Counted from the stretch's first letter, positions 19,505-29,459 are shown. The stretch: DNA of 64,000 nt from an uncultured virus (IMG/VR IMGVR_UViG_3300037114_000074) (IMGVR_UViG_3300037114_000074); one strand, 5' to 3'. A program made the numbers and translations. The notes: generated by a model from the letters alone, not told the origin.

Positions 19505-19594
19505 ATGACCCGCCATCAACGCATCTGGCTTGGTATCGCGGGACTCTCGCTGATGGCAGCCATGATCGCAGCGTGCGTCGTGTGGCAGCCGTGA
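19505..19594 (+). CDS. 29-aa membrane peptide, copy 2
   Basis: MTRHQRIWLGIAGLSLMAAMIAACVVWQP. Confidence 0.6.
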   Translation: MTRHQRIWLGIAGLSLMAAMIAACVVWQP

Positions 19595-22419
19595 GCGACA
19601 TTACAAGCAGGCTGCGCGAAGCATCGACTGTCATTGATGAACGCTTCCATCACGAAGCCATCGCCGCAACGATGCTGGAAGCCGCCGCCGAGATCGAACA
19701 GCTGACTGCGATGCGAGACGGCAGTTTCGTTACCAATTGCGACATCTACTCGCGTTCTGGGGACGGTGTTCTCTTTAACGATCCCACCGGCTGGGTGCGC
19801 CTTGATGGCTATGTAATCATACCGAAAGAGCAATACGTTAGGTCCGCTGCTGCCGACGAGATCGAGCGGCTTCGTGCGGCGCTGAACTGGTACGCCAGCA
19901 CCATCACTGCGGCAGTTAGAGCGCATGACAACGGTCATATCGCCCGCGAAGCCCCTGCGGGGCAGCCGTGAATAACCGCAAGAACATCTGGCACCACGCC
20001 ATCCAGAGGTAGCCGTCACATGAATGACACTGAATTTCGTGCCGTTTTGGACTGGTTCATGATTTCCGATCCTTGGGATGACATTGTTCCGCACGGCGTG
20101 ATTGAAGATTGGATCGAGCGCGAATCCAATGCACGAGGACATCAGACATGGGTTGACGCGTACCACAATCATTCTCCAATCACAGCGGACGATGGGCAAT
20201 TCGGAGTAGTCGAACGCCTGCGCCGATATGGAAGCGGCTCACCGGACTCCTTGCTGCTTATGCGCGAGGCCGCCGACGAACTTGAGCGGCTGAAACGCAC
20301 TGCGTTCGACAAGGATGTTGAGATCGAGCGGTTGACGCGCGAGCTGCAGATGCGGCTAGTGGACGAAGCCCTGGCAGCAACGGCACCCGACGCCGCCGTC
20401 AAGCTGAGCTGCGGCCACCCGGGCGACCGCGCTGAGACCATGAGGGCGGGTGACTTCGTGCTCTGCAAACAGTGCGGCGGCATGTCGACCATCGTGGAGC
20501 TGCCGTGAACGCAGGCAAGCACGACCCCGCTGCCGCCGCCCGCTACGCCAGCCACCACGCGAGGCGGCTGTCGCCCGGCTGCCCCCACCTGCTGGGGCAC
20601 TGCGGGTGCGACGTGCCTCACTACCTGCGCTGCGACGCCATGAGCGACGGGGTCCGCTGCGCGCTGGGCGACGGGCACCCACCGACCGCGCCCCACGTTT
20701 TTAAGGAGCCGAGGTGATGAAAAGAAAGCGGGCGAAGTGGCTGTTACGGATCGGGATGGAAGACGGTCGGCAGTATTGGCAGGTACCGATTCCGCGCTGT
20801 TGGATGGAGCTGTTCGGCTATGGCTATATCGCAGGTGGACTGCTGCACCGGTTCCTTGTGCAAAGGCGCCATAGGAAGAACGCTTTAGCGACCGGGCGTA
20901 CGCTTGATAAGTTGGCAGAGGGGTACACTTTCACGCGCAGGTTCGCGGAGTCAGATGCAGCATTTCGTGAACGCATCATGCGTCACGTCGGGAGAGTCGA
21001 ATGAACAGACGACACCGCTTCGCCGAGCCTACGAAGGAAGAGGAGCCCGCCGCCATGCCGCGCGACCCGCACAAGTACGACTGGGACCGCCCCGACAAAG
21101 AGCCGTCGCTGTTCGCCTTTTGGCACAGGGCGGCAGTCTGGGAGCGCGCGGGCTGGGTGGTGGCTGCTGTGGGCTTTGTTCTTCTCGCGTGGCTCGTGGC
21201 GAAGAGCGGGATCGTGATGGGGAGGGCGCCATGAAACCCTGGGACGCGAGCCCGGAGTTTCACTATCCGCAGTTCGAGGGTACATGGACGATCCACGAGA
21301 TGGAGCCGTTCCAGGCCACGATCGCCGACAACCGCGGGCGCGTCATCTGCCGCGGGGTGAACAAGCAGGATGCGGACGCGATCTTACTCGCCGTCAACAC
21401 GCGCGAGGGCCTGCTGACCGCGTTGCATATTGCCCACGCCGCTATCAAAGAGGTATTGCCATGACCGCCTCACACACCCCCGGGCCGTGGGCCAGTTCAC
21501 CGTACAGCAGCATCGTCGGTTGTGCGATCACCGCACAAGGCCATTTGATCGCAGGCGTACGGGGAGAAAAGGACGTCTCACTTGCCAACGCCAAACTGAT
21601 CGCTGCCGCTCCCAGCCTGCTGACCGCGCTGCAAGCGTTAGTGCGCCTATGCGCGGACGACGAATTTGAGCCGCGCAGCAACGCCGGTCGCGCAGCACTC
21701 GATAGCGCCCACGCGGCCATCGCCAAGGCGGTGCAGCCATGATCTACGCGATCTTCCTGTGCTTCGCGAACGCCGGTTATTGCGACATGGTCCCGCAGCT
21801 GGGCGTGTTCCAGTCGTCGGCCGACTGCCAAGCGCTGATCAGCCGGGTGTGGGGGCCGATGAACGTGAGGGAAGGCCGCTACTACCCGGTCACTCCGGCC
21901 CCGTTCGATTGGGCCGAGTGCGACGGTAAGCCCACCTGGCAGGCCGTGCCGTGAGCAAACCGGAGCTGGTCGTGCTGGTGGCGGTGTACGCAATTTTGGC
22001 GGTGGCGGGTGCCTGGTACCTGCTGTCGTGAAACGCAGGAGGGAGTGAACAATGACTAAGCGAAAGACGCCGGCGGCAGCCGGGAAGAAAAAGCTCACGG
22101 TTGTTGCCGTGGACCTGAAGGTGCAGGAACTGCGCACGGAGACGCTGGCGTACATTGAGGCGATCACGCTGGCGATTGCCAAGCCGCTCACCGTCAGCGG
22201 CTGGGCCGAGCTGGTGCGCAGCGTCAAGGACAGCGCGGCCGCCGTGTCGAAGATGGCCGACGAGCTGGCGGGCGTGACGCAGGCGGTCGAGGACCTCCAG
22301 CACACCAACAACGTCTACGTGGACGCCTTGGCGCACCTCAGCGGCCAGCTCGACGAACTCGCCGCGCAGTCGCGACTCAACACCGAGGCGCTATTGGCAC
22401 TCAAGCCAAGGAGGACATC

Positions 22420-23187
22420 GTGACCGACATCGTGCAGTGGGCGCACAGAGACCTGCGCCCGTTCGTCCGCGCGGCGCTGGGCGCCGGGTGGCGCGTGCAG
22501 CACAGCGGCGACTCGCACCTCAAGTGGCTGAGCCCCGATGGGGAGAGCATCGTGCACTCGTCGGGGAAGACGCTCACCAGCCGCCGCACGCTCGAGAACA
22601 TCCGCCAGCAACTAATGCACGCCGGGCTGAAGCTCGGGTACGACAACCACGCAGAGGAGAGACCCGTGACAGAGACCACACCGCCCGCCACCACTAACCT
22701 CGGCGACGTACTCAAACAGGCACAGGCGCCGCCCACCGCGCCGGCGCAGCCCGAGAAGTCTAACGGTCACGCCAGGGTAATCGACGACCGCGATACGCGG
22801 ACGGTCGTCGAGGAGCTGATGGGCCGCGAGCCCGAACGTGTGTGGAAGAGCGAGGACGTGGTGGCGGGGGTGCTGCGCGTCAAGGACGTCTCGGCGGCCG
22901 CGGTGTACCTGGCGATCAAGAACGCTATGCTCAGCGGCCGCGTCCACAAGTTCGGGCGCGGCTCCTACCAGTGGCGCTCGACGTCTGGTCGGGCAACCGC
23001 GCGCCTGGAACCTGCGCCGCTGCCCGCCGGCGCGCGCACCGGGGACGAGGCGACGGACCGCGATCTCGAGGAGCTCGACGAGGCGCTCGCGGCGCTGGCG
23101 CGGATCGAGGCGATGATCCGCAAGCACCGGAAGGCGGTGACGCAGCTCGCGGAGTTGAAGCGCACGCTGGCGGGGATCGCGCTATGA
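22420..23187 (+). CDS. HicA-like N-terminal domain fused to a winged-helix-like domain
   Basis: GWRVQHSGDSHLKWLSPDG...SRRTLENIRQQL is HicA-like; SAAAVYLAIK..GRVHKFGRGSYQW is wHTH-like. Confidence 0.55.
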   Translation: MTDIVQWAHRDLRPFVRAALGAGWRVQHSGDSHLKWLSPDGESIVHSSGKTLTSRRTLENIRQQLMHAGLKLGYDNHAEERPVTETTPPATTNLGDVLKQAQAPPTAPAQPEKSNGHARVIDDRDTRTVVEELMGREPERVWKSEDVVAGVLRVKDVSAAAVYLAIKNAMLSGRVHKFGRGSYQWRSTSGRATARLEPAPLPAGARTGDEATDRDLEELDEALAALARIEAMIRKHRKAVTQLAELKRTLAGIAL

Positions 23188-23606
23188 CTACACCCTTCGA
23201 AGATGTTGGTGAGTTCCATGATCGCATGGGTCTCCCCCACCTAAAGGATGGTATGCCTCGAATAATGGAAGATCGAGAATATCGATACCGACTCACATTT
23301 CTACAGGAGGAGTTGACCGAGTTTATCGAGGCTCATGCTCGGGGGGATCTCGCAGGTTGCGCCGATGCTCTGGCGGATTTGATCTGGGTTGCATATGGGA
23401 CGGCTCACCATATGAAGTTGCCTCTCGATGCGGTCTGGGCCGAAGTTCGACGCGCGAACATGGACAAACGGCGTTGGCGGGAAGGGGACCTGGTAAAGGC
23501 ACGAAACTACACCGAGAACGAAATAGTCAAACCCTCGGGGTGGGTGGCCCCCAATATTGAGAGAGTCTTGATCATCCATAGGAACCTCCTGAGAAACAAC
23601 GAATGA
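23184..23606 (+). CDS. MazG/PRA-PH-like nucleoside triphosphate pyrophosphohydrolase
   Basis: DVGEFH, LQEELTEF, ADALADLIWVAYG, EVRRANMDK, IVKPSGW. Confidence 0.85.
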   Translation: MTTPFEDVGEFHDRMGLPHLKDGMPRIMEDREYRYRLTFLQEELTEFIEAHARGDLAGCADALADLIWVAYGTAHHMKLPLDAVWAEVRRANMDKRRWREGDLVKARNYTENEIVKPSGWVAPNIERVLIIHRNLLRNNE

Positions 23607-23944
23607 TCGACTGCAAGCAAGGAATCCCGAGACATCCCTCTTATAAACGACTCTTGCTCATTCGAGGGAGTCTCGATGTAGAACCGGGAATTTATGTAGT
23701 CAAGTGGTTTCCGGTCGTCTCAGCAGACGACCCTGAATCCATCTGGACTTGGGTCTCGGAGGGACGAGGATTATCAATCCTAACTCTCGAATTGAATCGC
23801 GAAATCCTTCGTAAGAAATGGTTGGATCTTGTTGGTCGAGTCCAAGTGAATATCGAGTATTTTGATTCCTTACGGTTCGATCGTCCCGTAAGATCCAAAG
23901 AATTATCTACTGAGGGGCAGGGATTTGCCGTTAACTCCACCTAA
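23603..23944 (+). CDS. Hypothetical protein
   Basis: 113 aa ORF coupled to both neighbours. Confidence 0.5.
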   Translation: MIDCKQGIPRHPSYKRLLLIRGSLDVEPGIYVVKWFPVVSADDPESIWTWVSEGRGLSILTLELNREILRKKWLDLVGRVQVNIEYFDSLRFDRPVRSKELSTEGQGFAVNST

Positions 23945-24701
23945 GGATTTCCCCGCTTGGGGCGCAATTATGGCCTGCCTCGAGGCGCCGTTGTTTGAGT
24001 ACAACGGGGCGCGTCGCATCTCTACCAACGTACTGTGGCAGCCCGAAAGACTTCCATGGATTACCCTTGAGCAGATGGCGCACCTCGGCTACGCACGCCC
24101 TGAGACGAAACTGAAGGCCCTTGATCGAATGTACTACAACGAGCTAGAGGCTGCTCGCGTACGAGCTCTACTGAAGAAGCGAGAGGGCCAAGCTTTCTCA
24201 GCTGTCTCCATGTCGATGCTTGCCGGAGCGAAGGATGCTCGATCGATGGGGCATTGTCTAAGTGCTATCATGCTCTCTCTAACCCCGAAACGGGCCGAAG
24301 TGACTGTAACCTACCGCTCTACTGAATTGATCAAGAAATTCTCCGCGGATCTAGCTTTCATACCTCGAGTGCTAGAGCGGATTGGCGTGATGAAACCTGA
24401 TCGCGTCTCATTTTTCTTCTCCAATTGCTTTGTATCGGGGGTGTTCTTCCCCACGCTAATGCGATACGTCGATCCGATTGAGTTTCTTGAGTTCCTGCGC
24501 AAGCGGGAGCACCCAATGTTTATCGTAGCGACGAGATTTCTGCGTCGATCGGTTCGTACTCGCGAGCAGGACTTCCCATTTTCGCCTGAGCGAATGCAGC
24601 ACGAGTTTGCCTGGAAGCACTACCCCGAGAAGATGCCACTCATCCGTCGATACTTGAAGGAACACCTCCATGGCAAGCAGCCGAAAATCAATCGCCGGTA
24701 A
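23925..24701 (+). CDS. Divergent thymidylate-synthase-fold protein A
   Basis: GHCLSAIML...VTYRSTELIKKFSADLAF mirrors the TS PC...RSxD...N region. Confidence 0.6.
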   Translation: MPLTPPKDFPAWGAIMACLEAPLFEYNGARRISTNVLWQPERLPWITLEQMAHLGYARPETKLKALDRMYYNELEAARVRALLKKREGQAFSAVSMSMLAGAKDARSMGHCLSAIMLSLTPKRAEVTVTYRSTELIKKFSADLAFIPRVLERIGVMKPDRVSFFFSNCFVSGVFFPTLMRYVDPIEFLEFLRKREHPMFIVATRFLRRSVRTREQDFPFSPERMQHEFAWKHYPEKMPLIRRYLKEHLHGKQPKINRR

Positions 24702-24957
24702 AGTTGAGTATGTCAAAGCACAAGGTCAGAGTCGATTTCACACCTGTCACTGGCCTGGATGTAAGACACAAGTCCCCCCCGCGATGTGGGGTTGTCAACT
24801 TCACTGGTTCCGGCTCCCCGCCGGTCTTCGTGCGCGCATCTGGCGAGCTTACCAACCAGGACAGGAAAGAACTCTCCAAGTTTCTGAAGCGTATCTCGAG
24901 GTTGCAAACGAAGTCCAGGAGTGGATCTCCAAACAGATTCGTCCCATCAACCGATGA
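24670..24957 (+). CDS. Cys/His-rich conserved phage protein
   Basis: HTCHWPGC..QVPPAMWGC..HWFRLP. Confidence 0.6.
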   Translation: MASSRKSIAGKVEYVKAQGQSRFHTCHWPGCKTQVPPAMWGCQLHWFRLPAGLRARIWRAYQPGQERTLQVSEAYLEVANEVQEWISKQIRPINR

Positions 24958-25040
24958 AGACCTTAAACGCTATGCTGCAGCGGGGGCGAAGAAGCGCGGG
25001 TTGAAGAGCGAGGATAAATCCGAAGCGAGGAGGCGTCGCC

Positions 25041-25265
25041 GTGCCGAAAGAAAGCGTCGAGAAAACCGCGGCTGAATTCGCAGCTGAGTTGAACCGTGAC
25101 ACCCTGATAGCTCAGGCCGTAGAGATCCGTCAGCTTCGTAGTCTCGTCGATGAAGCCAAGCGATTCATCGACGGATTCGCAGCGAGTGCCGAATCAGGTT
25201 TTACTCGCCGACGCAAGGCGCTAGAATGGATCAAACGCTACAAGGAAATTCGGGATGTACCATAA
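25041..25265 (+). CDS. Hypothetical protein
   Basis: GGAGG RBS, 74 aa. Confidence 0.55.
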   Translation: MPKESVEKTAAEFAAELNRDTLIAQAVEIRQLRSLVDEAKRFIDGFAASAESGFTRRRKALEWIKRYKEIRDVP

Positions 25266-26037
25266 CTTCGACGGAATGCTCATCAATCTGCACAAGAAGA
25301 TGAAGAACTGCTCGGTCCCAGTTCACCCTGACAAGTGGCAATCGATCGACGTCTCGAAGAAGCCCGAAGCCGAGATGCGTGAGCTCCTCAACGTCTACTT
25401 CCAGGTCGTTATTGGAACGACTGATCTTCAGAGTCATCGGCTCGACATTAAGCCCGCGCTCCCCTGGGCGGATCGCCACTTCGAACTCGAGCGCGTCAGT
25501 GGGCAGCCGATCAACCCTGGGACGACGTGGAAGGAGTGGCCCTTCGCCCACAGCGCTGATCGGTTTCGGACCGAGGGTGAGTGCTTCTCCCACACGTACG
25601 CCGAAAGGTACTGGCCAAAGATGGCCAACGCCGAGTTGCTGAATGATCTACGACCGCTTCAGGGTGTTCGCTATTTATATGGCGACCTTAAGGACGTAGT
25701 TGATCTTCTCATACGTGAGCCCTTAACGCGTCAGGCATACCTTCCTGTGTGGTTCCCGGAGGACACCGGCGTTGTCCACGGCGAACGCGTACCCTGCACG
25801 CTGGGGTACCACTTCATGCGTCGCAACGATGAGTTCTCGATTTTCTATCCAATACGCTCATGCGACTTCGTCCGGCACTTTCGTGATGATCTCTACCTGA
25901 CGGTGCGCCTGCTGCTGTGGGTTCTGAACGAACTGCGCGAGCGCGATATGGGCGTATGGAATAAAGTTCGCCCAGGAACTTTCACAATGTGGATCGGATC
26001 TCTCCATGTGTTTATAAATGACTGGAGAAAACTATGA
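25255..26037 (+). CDS. Thymidylate synthase / pyrimidine hydroxymethylase-like protein B
   Basis: EPLTRQAYLPVW, RVPCTLGYHF, IRSCDFVRHFRDD, IGSLHVF. Confidence 0.85.
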   Translation: MYHNFDGMLINLHKKMKNCSVPVHPDKWQSIDVSKKPEAEMRELLNVYFQVVIGTTDLQSHRLDIKPALPWADRHFELERVSGQPINPGTTWKEWPFAHSADRFRTEGECFSHTYAERYWPKMANAELLNDLRPLQGVRYLYGDLKDVVDLLIREPLTRQAYLPVWFPEDTGVVHGERVPCTLGYHFMRRNDEFSIFYPIRSCDFVRHFRDDLYLTVRLLLWVLNELRERDMGVWNKVRPGTFTMWIGSLHVFINDWRKL

Positions 26038-26297
26038 ATAAGAAAGCCACTACCACCTCAACTCGTGCAAAATATCTCGTCGCGAGTTTCGACGATCATC
26101 CGTATGGATACGGCTACTGTTCCCTCCTAGGACAACCTCAGCGGACTACTCGGTTGTTAGCTGAATTACCACTCCCCTCAAGGTTGGAGAATGGACTAAT
26201 GGCATTCGAGCTCAGAGACGCCGCTGATGCAGCGGGACTTCCCGGTACTCAAGTCTTCACTCGGATGCTGAAGGATCGTCAGCTCTGGAAGCTGTAA
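26034..26297 (+). CDS. Hypothetical protein
   Basis: 87 aa, coupled to neighbours. Confidence 0.45.
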   Translation: MNKKATTTSTRAKYLVASFDDHPYGYGYCSLLGQPQRTTRLLAELPLPSRLENGLMAFELRDAADAAGLPGTQVFTRMLKDRQLWKL

Positions 26298-26744
26298 ATG
26301 ACCAATCGAATCTCCCGCTACGACCTCTACTTCACGATCGCGCGAGCGGCCGCTAAGCGCTCGACGTGTCAACGTAAACACATTGGGGCTGTGATAGTTC
26401 CCCGCCGTGGAGTTCTACTGATAGGCTACAACGGCGCCCCTCAGGGCCTTCCACACTGCCTCGATGCTGGCTGCCTAATAGGCTCGGATGGAGGTTGCCT
26501 ACGCACCCAGCACGCTGAGGCCAACGTGATTGCCTGGGCCGCTCGAAACGGTATCGCTCTCGCAGGCGCTGAGATGTTTACAACAGTCAGTCCATGCCTC
26601 TCCTGCGCGAAGATGATCATCAACGCTGGGGTCGAATCGGTTTTATACCTCGAGGCATACCGTGAGGTTCAGCCTCTCGAATATCTAAAAGACGCCCGAG
26701 TACATGTAGACATTTATCACCCAGAGAAAATTGATGCCTCGTAA
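26298..26744 (+). CDS. dCMP deaminase
   Basis: RSTC..IGAVIV, GYNG, HAEAN, PCLSCAK zinc motifs. Confidence 0.92.
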   Translation: MTNRISRYDLYFTIARAAAKRSTCQRKHIGAVIVPRRGVLLIGYNGAPQGLPHCLDAGCLIGSDGGCLRTQHAEANVIAWAARNGIALAGAEMFTTVSPCLSCAKMIINAGVESVLYLEAYREVQPLEYLKDARVHVDIYHPEKIDAS

Positions 26745-29223
26745 CCCCCATTGCGAGAAGTGTGGCCTATCGAAGACGACCACTGGGAATATCTGTGTAT
26801 GGGGTGACGGGCCTCAGAACGCCGACGTGGTGATCATCGGCGAGGCCCCCGGCGAGGCCGAAGCCAGGACGGGCAAGCCATTTCAGGGGAAGTCAGGTCA
26901 GCTTTTACGAGGCGAGCTCGCCACGGCTGGCCTAACGAGTACCTACATCACCAACGTAGTGAAGTGTCGTCCCCCCCAGAATCGAGCCCCGACGCCTACC
27001 GAGATCAAAGCCTGTCGCGAATATCTCGACGACGAGTTCGCGACGATCAAGCCGAAAGCGATCTTAGCTCTGGGAGCGGTTGCCTCGAAGGCCGTACTGA
27101 AGAAGGCCAAGATCACCAGCATCCACGGTCAGATTCTCGAGAAGGACGGCGTTGTGACCTCAGCGATCTACCACCCGGCCTACTGTCTGCGCGATCCATC
27201 AAAGCTACCGGCCTTTCAGCAAGACTTGCGTCGATTCTCTGCCCACCTGCGGGGCGAGAAGCGTACCTCGACGGTCAACTGGGCGATCGTACAGCGAGAG
27301 AACTTGTCGAAGTTCATCAGCGACCTGCGGATCTGCACGGAGTTTGCGTTTGACACCGAGACCTCTGGGCTTAACTGGTTCGACCCCGAAAATCGATTTT
27401 TCCGTTGCGTCCAAATTGCAATCCAGTACCCAGGGGGCGCTGACTTTGGTTGGGTGATCCCGATGTCAATGGAGGGTTCTCCCTTCCCGACGGGCCGCCT
27501 GCAGACTCAGATCATGGACATCGTCTTCGACGAGCTCGAAGGCAAGCCGGCCTGCGCTCAGAACGGCAAGTTCGACAACCTGTGGCTTTGGGCGATCTTC
27601 CGCCGCAAGTTTCACTTGACCTTCGACACGATGCTCGCGAGTCACACGCTCAACGAGAATCAGGACCACGACCTGAAGTCCCTAGTTCGAGGAATACTCG
27701 ACGAGCCGGACTATGACATCGATCTCGCGATCAAGCGGGGCGAGGTCGTCAGTCCAATGCGACTTTACAAGTACGGTGCTTTCGATGCCGTCTATACGCT
27801 ACGCCTGAAGCACAAGTTCATGGCGCAATTCCGACGCGATGTGACACTCCGAAAATTGTTCTTCAAACTAGTGATGCCGGCCGCACGCTCCTTCCAGGAC
27901 ATCGACAGCAATGGCCTGTACGTTAATCTCGAGAGAATGGCCGAGACCGAGCTGGATGTCGCGAAACAACTCAAGCAGACGTTAGCCGAGTTAAACTCGA
28001 TGACGCCACGCCAGATCAACTGGAACTCGTCGCAGCAGGTAGCGTCCTTGCTCTACGGGGATCTGAAGCTCCCGGTAGTAGTGAAGACTGATAAGGGCGC
28101 GCCGTCTACTGGGGAAGAGGCTCTCCTCGCGATCAAAGGCAAGCACCCGATCGCCGAGAAACTCGTGAAGTACCGCGAGCTCGAGAAATTCCGCTCGACC
28201 TATCTGGACGGATGGAAAGAGTTTATGGTCGGTCCGATGCTCTACTTGTCGACCAAGTTACACGGGACCGTGACGGGTCGTTACTCGAGTCGCCTCCATC
28301 AGGTGCCACGCGACGGTACGATCCGCTCGCTAGTCGAAGCCCCTGAGGGCTGGACGTTTGTGCAGGGAGACCTCAGTCAGGCCGAGCTACGCGTGGCAGC
28401 GATTCTCTCACATGACGCTGAGTTAGTCACCTGCTATCGCCGCGGAGTGGACGTCCACTGGCGTACGCTCCTCCATCTGATAGGAAAAGGTTCAGCCGCC
28501 TCTTATGTCGACCCAGCGTGGAAGACAGCCACCGCTCTGAACGGACGCCGACGACCCTCCTCGTTAACCATCGCTCTTGAGCTTCTCATGAAGGCTGGTC
28601 CTGATCGTTGCACTGAGGTCTGGAAGGGATGGAAGGAAGCTCGTAAGACTGCGAAGGCTACCAACTTTGGATTCCTGTTCGGGATGATGGAGGCGAAGTT
28701 CATCGAGACTTGCAAATTGAAGTACGGTTTTGAGCCGACGATGAAGGAAGCTAAATCGATGCGAGAGGGTTTCTTCCAACTTTATAGACAGTTGCCTGAC
28801 TGGCACAAGAAGCAGAAACGCCTCGTCCATCTAAACGGCTACGTCCGAAACCTTGCGGGTCGTATGCGACGTCTGCCAGGGGTCCACTCTCCTGATTGGT
28901 CCCTCGCGAGCGAGTGCGAACGACAAGCGATTAACTCACCGGTGCAGGGTTACATCGGGGACCACAAGGCGATGGCAGCCATCGAAATCCATGAGACCTT
29001 CGATTGGGAGCGCGAACTTCGAATTGTTGGAGAAGTGCACGACGCTCTGCTACTATGGATACGAACCGATCGACTTCAAAAAATTCTACCGCGCGTCGCC
29101 GCCATCATGAGAGAGCCTAAGCTCGTCCGAGAATTTGGAATCAAACTCACAGTGCCGCTTGAAGCTGATCTGACGATTGGGCCGTGGGGCGCCGGGAAGA
29201 CGTGGAGAGAAACTCATGCCTGA
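26734..29223 (+). CDS. Family A DNA polymerase with N-terminal family-4 uracil-DNA glycosylase-like domain and 3'-5' exonuclease
   Basis: UDG: CEKC, GEAPG, TNVVKCRPP.NR.P, HPAY; exonuclease: FDTET, NGKFD, YGAFD; polymerase: DLSQAELR, AKATNFG, EVHD. Confidence 0.93.
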   Translation: MPRNPHCEKCGLSKTTTGNICVWGDGPQNADVVIIGEAPGEAEARTGKPFQGKSGQLLRGELATAGLTSTYITNVVKCRPPQNRAPTPTEIKACREYLDDEFATIKPKAILALGAVASKAVLKKAKITSIHGQILEKDGVVTSAIYHPAYCLRDPSKLPAFQQDLRRFSAHLRGEKRTSTVNWAIVQRENLSKFISDLRICTEFAFDTETSGLNWFDPENRFFRCVQIAIQYPGGADFGWVIPMSMEGSPFPTGRLQTQIMDIVFDELEGKPACAQNGKFDNLWLWAIFRRKFHLTFDTMLASHTLNENQDHDLKSLVRGILDEPDYDIDLAIKRGEVVSPMRLYKYGAFDAVYTLRLKHKFMAQFRRDVTLRKLFFKLVMPAARSFQDIDSNGLYVNLERMAETELDVAKQLKQTLAELNSMTPRQINWNSSQQVASLLYGDLKLPVVVKTDKGAPSTGEEALLAIKGKHPIAEKLVKYRELEKFRSTYLDGWKEFMVGPMLYLSTKLHGTVTGRYSSRLHQVPRDGTIRSLVEAPEGWTFVQGDLSQAELRVAAILSHDAELVTCYRRGVDVHWRTLLHLIGKGSAASYVDPAWKTATALNGRRRPSSLTIALELLMKAGPDRCTEVWKGWKEARKTAKATNFGFLFGMMEAKFIETCKLKYGFEPTMKEAKSMREGFFQLYRQLPDWHKKQKRLVHLNGYVRNLAGRMRRLPGVHSPDWSLASECERQAINSPVQGYIGDHKAMAAIEIHETFDWERELRIVGEVHDALLLWIRTDRLQKILPRVAAIMREPKLVREFGIKLTVPLEADLTIGPWGAGKTWRETHA

Positions 29224-29458
29224 CTTAGAACGTGGTCTCTACCCGAAGTTCATTGTTCACCGAACCGATCGTGAAGACGGCGAAGGACGACGGCATTACG
29301 ACTGCGAGTACTTCGTACTCGACGTGAATCATGACCCGCATGCGAAGGCGGCGATCAAAGCCTACGCTGAGTCGTGTCGAGCTGAGTACCCTGCGTTAGC
29401 TGCAGACCTCGACCTGATGCTCACGAGGTGTCGATTCACTCGAGACTGGGAGAAGTAG
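29216..29458 (+). CDS. Conserved small phage protein
   Basis: MPDLERGLYPKFIVHRTD...YFVLDVNHDPHAKAA..AYA. Confidence 0.65.
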   Translation: MPDLERGLYPKFIVHRTDREDGEGRRHYDCEYFVLDVNHDPHAKAAIKAYAESCRAEYPALAADLDLMLTRCRFTRDWEK

Positions 29459-29459
29459 A

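Larger units (their letters stand above)
17607..22423 (+). other. Array of about 20 small, translationally coupled hypothetical ORFs
   Basis: Successive short ORFs joined by RTGA stop/start overlaps (e.g. 18055-18237, 18421-18699, 19591-19971, 20020-20508, 20714-21004, 21001-21234, 21461-21742, 21739-21954, 22052-22423). Confidence 0.7.
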
